Source of the DNA: Daphnia carinata
Lineage: Eukaryota
Length of the DNA: 64,000 nucleotides
Assembly: GCF_022539665.2 (NCBI RefSeq)
Contig: NC_081333.1
Location: 3,782,001-3,846,000 of the forward strand
Reading direction: 5' to 3'
Position 1 is the first letter of the stretch; the number at the start of each line of letters is the position of its first letter. Made by a program: the position numbers and the translations under genes. The notes beneath the pieces are model-generated. The model had not been told where the DNA came from, searched no databases, and saw only the letters and a program-made list of their open reading frames with translations. This document shows, piece by piece, positions 1 to 11,000 of this stretch.

Positions 1-299
1 GGGACAATAGCAACAACAGCGGGAAGTCTCCTCCTCCTTCTTCGTAGACCATCCTTTTAAAAAATAAGAAACTGACCGCACACGAAATGATCACAGGTGT
101 TGGCGGCATCGTCAACGATCCCCCCCCCCCCGCAGTAGGACGTCCTCCCCATTGATGACGATGATAATATTTTTTTCTTTTCTGACTACAAAAAAAGCCC
201 CTTTTTGTAATTCTTATGTCCATCACAAAGAAGCATAAAATTTTGTGTACGATGTCAATAGTTAAAAATGTGAAAAATGATTTTTTTTCTTCTGTTTAG

Positions 300-1370
300 G
301 AAATCATGGAACGATGAATAATCTCAACGGGTTGGCCAACGGGAGCATCGGCAGCAACAACAGCAACGATCTGGATGCTGGAACGGGCTCCGACTGCGAT
401 TCGGAGCCGGGCCTCTCGTTGAAGCAGAAGCAACGCCGCCATCGGACTACCTTCACGGCCCAGCAGATGGACGAATTGGAGAAAGCTTTCGACCGTACTC
501 AATACCCCGATGTTTACACGCGTGAAGAACTTGCCCAGCGCACGAAACTGACCGAGGCAAGAATCCAAGTTTGGTTCAGCAACCGACGCGCTCGTTTGCG
601 TAAACAAGTCAGCCCGTCGTCCGGTAGCAGCAGCAGTGGCACTTATCAGCCGCAACAAAACGTGTCCGTTCATTCCGGATTGACTCCGTCACCACCGGCC
701 GCATTGCCGTCCAGCGCTGCCGGACCGTCGCCCACAGCCGTGTCCAGCAGTTACGCATCGTCTGTGGCCAGCACTTACCCGTCCATCCATCAGCATCAAA
801 CACTTCCTGTTACTGGGTCGGGATTGTCGGCCGCTTCGACCATGTTCCAGCATCATCACACGGCCGATTTCGGTCCGGCAGGTCGTCATTACGGAGCTGC
901 CGCCAGTAGCCTATCGCCGGCCTCTTCCACAGTGACTCTACCGACCGAGATGACCTCCATCTCGCCCAGCTACCCGACCGACACCCATCACGTAAGTTGA
1001 ATCCATCGTCTTTGAATTGAATTCAAAATGAAATGGAACTCAATTCAAAATCTAATCAATTGTTTTGCATTAGTATCAGATGTACCAGCATCACCAAGCG
1101 ACTCAGGAGAGCTGGAACAACTTGCAACAGCAGCAACAAAATCAGCAGCATCAGCAACAGCAATTGCAAGTAGTTCAACAACAACAACAACAACAACAAC
1201 AGCAAATCCAGCATTTGAATCAATGCGCTGCCGCAGCTGTGACTAACTACTCGTTCGACGGTATCAACTGCTCATCGGCCGCACACGCAGCCGCCGCCGT
1301 GGCCGGCCACATCCATCACCGGCCCAATCCGTATCATGCCCCTTTCCCATCCATGTACGGATGGTATTGA
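300..1370 (+). CDS. Pax3/7: Pax3/7-family (paired/gooseberry-type) homeobox transcription factor, 3' part; exons 300-991 and 1074-1370; paired domain would lie upstream of the window
   Basis: Acceptor tttag at 299, then [70 protein letters not shown], a paired-class homeodomain with Ser50 and the SEPG.L pre-homeodomain motif typical of Pax3/7. Ser/Pro-rich tail; donor CAC|gtaagt at 991/992; acceptor cattag at 1073 (in-frame alternative cag at 1079); polyQ/Ala exon ending SMYGWY-stop. Confidence 0.9.
1175..1203 (+). repeat. (CAA)n trinucleotide repeat encoding polyglutamine in the Pax3/7 last exon
   Basis: caacaacaacaacaacaacaacaacagcaa read in frame as a Gln run. Confidence 0.85.
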
Positions 1371-1785
1371 TTGAATCGCATTTGATGTTTCACTTCAAAT
1401 AATTTCATGTGCAAAAACAATTCCAGTTATATTCATCATATTAATTGCACATTGCCTTTGTAAACAACTCTAATTTCTTTCTTTTTTTATTTCATGTGTG
1501 TAAAACTGTACAAAAGAAAAATGTTTTGGATTTAAACAATACAGTTGATTCTGTTTCGACAAGTTTTATGTGCATCAACATTCAATTGGTGTAACGGTCA
1601 GACCAGATGCTGTACCACACAGGTGATAAAAAAGAACAAGGATAAGGTCTAACTAATCATCCGAAAGCTTGGGGCATAACATAAAAAATCAACAAGACGG
1701 TGAGTTATGTATTTCCAGACAAGTCACAAATGAATATATAGCCTCTAATAGAAAAAAAAAAAAAAAAGAATAAAAGTGTTTTTTC

Positions 1786-1808
1786 TGTGTGTGTGTGTGT
1801 GTGTGTGT
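1786..1808. repeat. (TG)n microsatellite
   Basis: About 11 perfect TG units. Confidence 0.95.
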
Positions 1809-4800
1809 AACGGGGTTGTGTAATAATAACACGCACAGCGGCACCAAACAGCAGCCGGTGGTCCTTCTTTTAGCGGCACCCTCGAGTAATTAAATTTTTT
1901 TTTACACAAAAAGGGGAGACGAGTTCAAGAAGTGTGTTACGGGTTACGAAAAGGGGGGGGGGGGGGGGTTATACACAAACGTTATGTAGAACACCAAAAA
2001 ATAAAAAGGGGGAAGCGAGTGTGCTTTGCTTGGTGGTTTCAGTTTAACAAGAGGCTTCCGCCGGCCATCCGATCATTTTTTTTTTTTTTTTTGCCTTTCG
2101 GCAAACGGCATGGCACAGCATGGCAAAAGCGCCGAAACAAGAGGAGACCGCAATTAGCACACCTGGAACACTCTTTTTTTTTTTTTCTTTTCATTCTGCC
2201 CTCCAGAAATGAAATTTTAAAATTTTGGGAGTTAGACAACAAACAAGGTACGACCCTTGTAAATCAGTTATCTTATGAGCTTCTTTCTTTCATCATTTGG
2301 GGAATTCATTGGATTTGTTGAATCAATACGAAATACTTTTAAGGCCATTTTTTTCTTTTGAAAAAAAAAAAAGAACTAAATCTTAAAAAAAAAAATAAAA
2401 ATTGTCTCACGAATTTTACGCGTTGATGAGGGACTTTACATCAAAAAGGATATGAAAGAACAAACTTAACAAAATGAATTCCTTGTGTCAATGAAAAAGA
2501 AAAGGGAAAATCATTTGAATTGACCGGAAATACCAGCGGCTTTAATATACACAGAAGATTTTCAGTTTTTGTTTCTCTCTGTTTTTTTTTTCGTGCAGTT
2601 TACGAAAAGAAAAAGCCCCCCCCCCTCTTTTTTTTTTAAAGAAGAGAATGGATTGTCGATAACACACATACACCAAAAAAAAACAAAAACACAAAGAATG
2701 ATATCTATAAAGACTGTTTAAAAGAAAGGTCTAAAAAAAAAAAAAAATGAAAGGGAATCAATGCCGAAGGAAGCCGATGGAACAAGTTGTCGACCAAAAC
2801 AGAGATATACAACAGAAATGAGCCGCTGGTTCATTTCCTTTGGCAGCCATTTTTGTTTTTTTTTTCCGAGAGGGGGGGGGGGAAACAATTAAGGAATGAC
2901 TTGTCGAAATAAAAAAAATTCGTTGGGCGTACAACAACAATTTTTTTTTTGCTCCAAAGTTTCCAGAAGAAGGTAAGAAGAAAAAATGATAAAGAAAAAT
3001 AACGATTTATTATGATCCTGTATATCATTTTCTCCTGGCTATAACAATAATGTAATCTTCTTTTGTTCAGCCCTCGCTCTCACAAATATCCAGGCCTATT
3101 TCCTTGAAAAATTATGTTGTTGTTTTTTTTTTCTTTCTTTCTTTTTAAACGGCGGCAGTTCCTGACTATTGTCGATCCGATTGTCTTTCTACACACCCAC
3201 AAGATGCTGGCCTATATCGAGCAGTCCAGTAGCTTTAAATAAAATTCTGATACCACGAAAATGGGGGGAAAAACATTGTTGACTCATTTTTATTCGAGAA
3301 AAGAAAAAATGTGTTTTGTTTGATGACAAACCGCTATAACGTGTACAAGCTAAACATAATAATCTTATTTGCATTTTGGCAGCAATAAGAAAACGAGAGA
3401 GTTTGTCCGAAAATTCCAACAAAGAGGGGAAAACGCCTTGCATTATTATTATTCATATTCATTTTTTAAAATTCTTTTTTCTTGAATTTTTAATAATAAG
3501 ACAAATGATTCGCTGGCTACTGTCCGGCATTTTTTTTTTGTTGTTTGTTAATGTTGTTGACTCTGACCGTTTTATTTGTTTCTTGTCTGGGAAAAGACAT
3601 TTTTATACCAACCAATCAGAGCATGGCCTACAAAAATCTTTATTCAATTTTTTATTTTGAATTGTCGGTTCTTTCGGCCGGTGTTGGCCGCGCTTTCTCG
3701 CCATCAAACAATGCGGATGTCACGTTTCGTTCACGTTTCCATTCATTCCTGCCTCACAATCGCCAACGCTTTGCTATTCACCTGAAATTTTGTGTTGTAC
3801 AACTTAAATTTAATTCACTAACTGTGTTTTTCTAGAAGCCTCTGGCATCGGCCAGATGATCATAGTAAAAAAAAAAAAAAAAAAAAAATGAAAGAGACTT
3901 GGAAAGGAGACAAGGCGACGTGCCGTACGGTAACAAGCGTATCCTCACGCCTTGGCAATTAGCAATTGAAGCACGCTTCCTGGCCTTTGTCTTATTATTA
4001 CCTGGACGAACGACGAACGCAGACGACGACACCATCATTTCAAATGTTCCTCCTCTTTACGGAGGATCTACAGCCCAACGTAGAAAGAACCAAGGACAAA
4101 TGTCTTTCTTCTTTCTCGTCTCGATGGCGACAACTGTCATTCATAAAGTTCATTTTCTTTCACGTAAAAAAAAAAAACGTCCTCTTTTGTCTCATTTCAT
4201 GAAAGAACATTTTTTTTTTTCTTTTGCCAATCCGAATTTGATTTAAATGCTCACCTTCAGTGCTGTTAAAAAAAATTCATTAATCACAGGTAACCGTGCG
4301 AATATCAAGATTTGCTTATTGGCGGCTTTCCAACGTCAAAAGGAAGGTGAAAAAGAACACAAAAATAAAAGTGTTATGTGTCTTGATTGCCTGTGGCGTT
4401 CTTCATCACCTTTTCTTTTAATCATTTTTTTTTTTTTGTCTAGGATAGAAACACACCGACCTGACGGACCCTACCGAGTGACAAATGAGTGCCCACACCG
4501 GTTTTCTTCTCTCAACTGTTAATAGCTGTTAGATCTTTAATAACTCGACATTACAAGTTTCTTTTCCTCGGGTCCCTTTTTTTTTTTTTTTTTTTTTCAT
4601 TTTTAGCTCCCGTGTTTTGTTATTGTTTCCTTTCGGTGCCCCCCTCAATTTCTTTTTCACATTTTGAAAGTGCCGCGCCGCCAATGACGCCGACACACTC
4701 AAACAAAACGACTACTAATACACACACACACACAAAAGGGGGGAGAGCGGAGGAAAAAAAAAAAGGTTTGTTACATTCAGTGTTTTATACGAAAAAAAAA

Positions 4801-5063
4801 AATGTATCAAATTAAAAAAGATCAAACTCGTAAACAAATCTTAGTAAAAAACAGGAAGACTAAATTTCATTTGTTATTTAGTTGAAAATAAAAAAAAAAA
4901 AAAAGAAATTTTAAACTGCGACCTCTTTGATGGGTAACGAGTCAATTTCTAAATGCAAACAGCCCCGAATCTAAGGCTATAAATAATCGTGCTCAAGCAT
5001 ACCTGTAATAGACCTAGATTATATTTCCGGTATATATATATACGGCTACTGTAAAACAGCCAC

Positions 5064-5084
5064 CCTCTCTCTCTCTCTCTCTCT
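5064..5084. repeat. (CT)n microsatellite
   Basis: About 10 perfect CT units. Confidence 0.9.
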
Positions 5085-5387
5085 TTATTTCCAAGTATGT
5101 GGGCGGTCCCTTTATGAAACCGGGTGTCGGTCTTGTTTACAATTTCAATTGAAACAGCCGCTTTCCCCATTCCCGATTTAAATCGATAACTTTAGCTGAA
5201 ATTTCGACGCATAAATTACACATGTCAAACTGATAGGCAAAACTTCCGAGTAGCTAAAGAAAACGGAAATGTCAGAAAACTCCTTGAGACAACATTATTA
5301 CACGAGACGACATGTGCGCTCTTTGGTGTGGCCTCGTGTGATGCCATTTGACGGGGGGTCATGCCCGAGCTTGTTGAACCCAATCAC

Positions 5388-5418
<31 letters not shown>

Positions 5419-6410
5419 GAAACCCAAGTCGTCTTTTGACATTTCTCGTGTTCACAATAGCGAAGAGAAAGGGCGGCGGAGTGAACAGCAGCGAGCGCAC
5501 ATCACAGCGGATTAGACACCCCGGATATGCGTGCGCTACATCTAAATATACGCGAGAATGTAAAAACAGTAGATCCCCGAAAATATATTCTAAATCTTAA
5601 GAAATGCGAGTCAAATAGAAGGACGAGAAATCTGGCTGTTAAAACAGATGGATTTCAAGAACGGCAAAATGATTAAGTGTTTCAATTTGCGACGATTATT
5701 GACGGGACGAATTCATTTCACAGCTGGATTTCAACAAGGCGATGCTGAATTAAAGCCGAATCGAATAAGCGGAAATAATACTAACTATGAAATCGCCTCA
5801 TTCAAGAATTTCAAACACGTTTCCGCGTTAAAATTTCTGTTACACACACACACCCACCCGAATAAGAAGAGCCCAGATACTAAAATCAATCAAAAGCCAA
5901 AAAGAAAAACAAGTGCCAAACCGACGTGTCAAATTTGATGGCTTCTTTCGGTGCCCAAAGAAAACATCAAATTTTACTACCCTAATAATAATTTTCAAAT
6001 TATTTCTAGAATGCCCTACACCCATAGTTTGCCATACACTTTTTTGTTTAAAAAAAAAAGCTGTCTAATCTGTCATACCTTTAAAACAAAACAAAAAAAC
6101 GATGTAGGACGTTCTGGCGGAGACAGCCACCGGAATTTTCTTCTTTTTTTTTTTTTTTTCAGCTGGCGTAGTAAAACACCGGTCTTTTCAACCGATGATG
6201 AACAGCCACCAGCAAAAGGTACAAGATAAAAACAGCAGCAGGAGGACCGTTGCTGATTCGAATCGTCCACGCCTTGGCGCGCTCGAGCAGAAACGCTCGC
6301 GCGCGCCCGTCGAAATTTTAGAGACGCTCTCCTTCTGTTATTCTTCTCTTATTATTGTAATTTTTTGTTCTTCTTCTTCTCTTGTTTTTGGCCGTTGTAT
6401 TTTTATTTAG

Positions 6411-6414
<4 letters not shown>

Positions 6415-6449
<35 letters not shown>
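6415..6449. repeat. (CA)n microsatellite
   Basis: About 17 perfect CA units. Confidence 0.95.
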
Positions 6450-6451
<2 letters not shown>

Positions 6452-7516
6452 TTTATGTGTGCAGGGAGAAATGTTTTCTGGCTGCTGCGTCTAGAAGCAA
6501 AAAACGCATTCGACACGCTGATGGTTCACGCGCGCGTGCCTCATCATCACCGACGCGTAAGGCAGACGGCAACAGTGTCATTCAAAGAAAGACCCTCCAA
6601 GATGTTTGGGGATTATTCTGGTAAGAAGTTTGGAGTTGAAAAAGAAAAAGAATTCAATTGAATTCGCCCCTTCCATTATTGTGTTTCTTGGTTTGATTTT
6701 GTTTGACTAACTCTGTTGCATTCTGCCTTTTTGTTATGAATAAATAAAAAAAAAGGTTAACTGAATTTCATTTACGGTCAGAGGATTTTTTCAACAGGAA
6801 TATTTTTGAATTTCTTCGGTCAAATCGGTTAAAAGGGCGTGGGACCTAAAAACAAAAATAAATAAAAAAAAGCGTAGTATTTTGGCAACATATGGTAGTA
6901 CGTATAGGCAGATGAAACATGTTCAATGAGCGGTGACTCCGTATGAAGCCCGCCATACAGATTTTGCGTTATGTTCAAGAAGAAGAAGAAGAAAAAAAAT
7001 GGGGTATATTTACGTTCCGGCTGGCTACTCTGAACTAATAAGGGCGGGTAATGGCACAATATCTCTTCATAAACTATGCGACGATTTAGGCCTGTTTTGC
7101 TATTTAGGTAAAAACCTCCTATGTTGAAAAATCAATAATGAAATATGTCGCTTTCCCGCCGGCAGGTTCGCATGTTCTGAAAATTAAGGAAAAAAAAATT
7201 ATTCGTTTTATATTTACTAGAGATTTTTTTGAAATTGTACATTGCTAATTTAGCGCCAAAATGTTTTATACAACTTCGGCACTTGTTTTTTTTTTTTTTC
7301 TTCTTTTTCCTACAAAAAGGCAATACACATTAGTGTGAAAGAAAAGAATTAATGTTTGATTAGATTTTACACATTCAAAGAGATACAGGCAAACAATTTC
7401 AGAATATAGGCGCGAGAGAGATATGATATTCTATAAATCAACCACCAATGTAAGAGACGTGGTAGATATATACTCACAAACTGCCCCTTTTTTGCGCTAG
7501 TTGAGATCATTTGTTT

Positions 7517-8027
7517 TTAAAGGGAAACGTGTCGAAAAGGTGTTCTGTGATTTCTATCGCTCACATCGGATTGATGAATCTTGTCCGTCAAATGAATTCG
7601 AGAAACGGAAATCGGGCCGCTATTGGTCATCACTTTGACAGTCAGGTCACCGTCGTACTGCTGGCCTGGAACAACTTCCATCTGCAGATGAGCTGCGGGA
7701 AACATCACCTGCTGTTGCGGCGGCATCGTCGACGAAGACAACGAAGCCGTCGGCGACGGTTGGTGGACAGCAGACGATGCCATCAATCCCTTCACTGATT
7801 CGGTCGTCTTACTCGCACCTGATTTCGACGACACATTTGAAATCGAATCTAATTTGAATTAAATTAAAACGTATCAGACCATTCAGTAAATGGCCGTTGT
7901 TTGAAGGCTGGTTCGAGTTTTTGTGGTGAACCGATGATTTCGACGTCGGCACAGTCAAAGCCTGTGAAAACGAATTGCCATGTACGACAAATCACAGTTA
8001 ATGAATTTGAAACATCAGTAAAGCAAA

Positions 8028-8063
<36 letters not shown>

Positions 8064-11000
8064 GAACAGATAAGGGGTTAGTTTTCGTTTCCTCTTTTTT
8101 TTTTGGAGAGCTTAAAGTTATTTCGTATAGGTCATAAGCTATTGAATGGGTGGAGTTATCTGTAGTTTTCCATGTGTCATGTTACGTGTGGTAGGAAATG
8201 GCTTCTGTTCAAATTGGGAAGCTCTTCGGCAATTGATTGACAAATGGGTGTCGTTAACCAGTTTTCCTTTTCTCTCGTTCTCGTTTCCCTCTTTTGACGT
8301 TGTGTACGTTGAAGATGTACAACTCGTCAATATGTCTATACATCCTCCAAGTCGGCAGGCTGCGCTTAAAGCTTTTCAAACCCGAAAATAGAGTCATATC
8401 GGCGCCATATAACTCGCGCTTTCAATAGACCTCAACCGCAGCAGTCCACCCCTTTCTTGATATACGACCTCCTTCCTCTGTTACCAGATTTGTTCCTTGG
8501 TCATCCTGACATTACGTAAAAGTCTTAGCCACGCGTTATTTTAGGGTAATGGCAAAATAAACGGTAAATGTCGGGAAAAAAATGGGTCAAAACTGACGGC
8601 TTTCTTTTTTTACTTGACGGACGTTGCGCTCGGGGTGGAAGATGATGATGTAAAGTTTCGGAGAAAAGAGGCAGGCCAGCGTGACGGTGGCGCTCAAACT
8701 GATGGTGACGCTCATGCTGGTGATCCTTAGCGGCAAATTGCTCGCCGTACTGCCATCCGCCATCATATGCAAAAGAGAATTGAAATAGGGGCAGAAGAGG
8801 ATAAGGATAACGGCGGTGAGTTTCACATGCAATTGAGAAAAATTCAAAAGTTGGATGTATAAAGAAACCTGAAGTAGATGGGCACAAAGGCCAGCCAGAT
8901 GACGCACGTTGTGTACATGGTGAACCCAATGTACTTTGACTCGTTAAAGGCGGCCGGTATTTTGCGTGTCACGACGGCGTAGACGGTGCACAGAAGAATC
9001 AAAAGAATCGGATATGCAAACGCCTGTCCAACAGTCGAGTAATCAAATATTAGAATAATGTTGCAGCAATGCATTGTCAACTCGTTTCCTTACCATCATG
9101 TACGAAGCGTCGGTGAAAGAGGAACACACGAGCAAATTGTCTTCACGTGTCGGATGGACGTGTTTAGCCACCGACGGAGAGACCCACAGCCAGGCCAGCA
9201 AAATGAGTCCTAAACACATCACATTGAAACAATGAAATATTTAAAATCATGAAATAACAAGTAAAATACAACTGCTACTACTAGTTTTTAGCTGTGAACG
9301 CACTTCTTAGGCTGTCTCGCAGCCATTTCAAACTCTGTACTTTGCAAGTAGATGAAACCACATACTTTGCTTGAATTTTACAGATTCTTCTTCAGATCTT
9401 TGAAAACCATTTTCTATAATGAGCCATGGCCGGAACTTTCAAGTTCTTAGCTGCATTAGCAAGACGCATAAGAGCAAAGTTAGCAAAGGATGACCCAACG
9501 TAAATGCCAACTTATCCCACCCCCCCCCCCCCCCTCAAGCTGAATAAATGAACATTTATGGCGGCAACATTGAAACATCTGTAAGTTAGAACAAGTTTAC
9601 GTCTAGCAGAACTCTAGGCCACACCACTTTCGCTGCGAAAAACGTTAACCCATTTTTTCAGAATCCAAAAGATGCAAGGATTTCTCTAATAGCTTGGCAA
9701 TTCTAGGAAGCAAATGCAAAGTAAAAAAAAAAAGGCAAGAGCAAAGTAAATTATTATTCAGAATAGCGATGAATACATTTATATCCATCGTAGATTGCGT
9801 AGGTTAGCATAATACATCAGGTGCAAATAAAGCTCGGAGGCCGAAGATTTCAAGTTTCCACTTTCTTTTTTTTTCTGCTTACAAAAGCTGTTCGACGCAC
9901 CTTAAATAATGAAATACGTTTCCTGCCCACTTTCCTTAGAAATGTCGTTTTACGTTACGCAATTGCGAACAAGAAAGCTAAATTAGAAATGGGCAGAATT
10001 TTTTTTTTTTTTTTTTTTTAACTCGCTTCGTAACTAGTGGTGCCATCTAACGATCAGACTCCGCTTTGAAACTCGCCCGAGTTTTGATCTCGTCGTGAAG
10101 AAAGCCCCGTAGGAATAAACGGTTGAAAGCTTTGCATTCGTAATAAGATGGTTGCACTATTCAAAAGGAAACTTTAGCCTTGCAAAACGCTTGGTAGAAA
10201 CTCTAGCAACTCTAGCTCTGAGCCCTAGGACTTTGATGAAATTTCCAAGGCTACCTAACCTTTTGGACGGATCAAGCCGGTCGGCCAAACCCAAACATGT
10301 GTCCCGTGCGAAGTTCATTCCCGTAACAGCAATCTCTTGCAAGGCACTGAATAGTAAAATGAACGTGCACATGTCGAAATAACAGAGTCGTAACAGGAAC
10401 GTTTTTGAAACGATAAAACCACGCATAGCTATTTCGAGATCTGACGATACAAATAACAAACATTTTTGCCCCAGGCTGTCTGCTGCTTCCCTTTGCCGCC
10501 GATCAACAGTGAATAGAGCAACAAGAAATGCAATTTCTTCGTTGTGCTCTGCTATTCTTCCGCGATGAATCTCAATGCGTTAAAAGCTATAGGACGCAAA
10601 ATTTAATTTCAAAAATATGGTTATCTTAGCAACCTGTCATCCGTATTGTCCAGTTGACGACTGCTCGATTCACCGCACAATGGCGTTCGCAGCAGTAAGC
10701 GGAATTGGGCCTTCTATTCAAATTGGAATTCTTAAAAATATTTACAAAAAAAACCAGTAGCTAAATTCAAATATGCGAGAAATTAATCGTTACATTGCGA
10801 CCTAACCCAAAGTATCCACGCGCACCTCAAGGCCGAATTCGATAAAAATTTTGCTAATTGAAACAGCTATATCGGTTTGCTCAGAACAACGTACGCATAG
10901 AACACCGCAGCTTAGCCGCACGACCCAACCCAACTTGAGCTTTCCGATTTCTTAAAAAATATGCGGAGCCTATCTGGAGGCAATGCAGCGCGAAATACGA

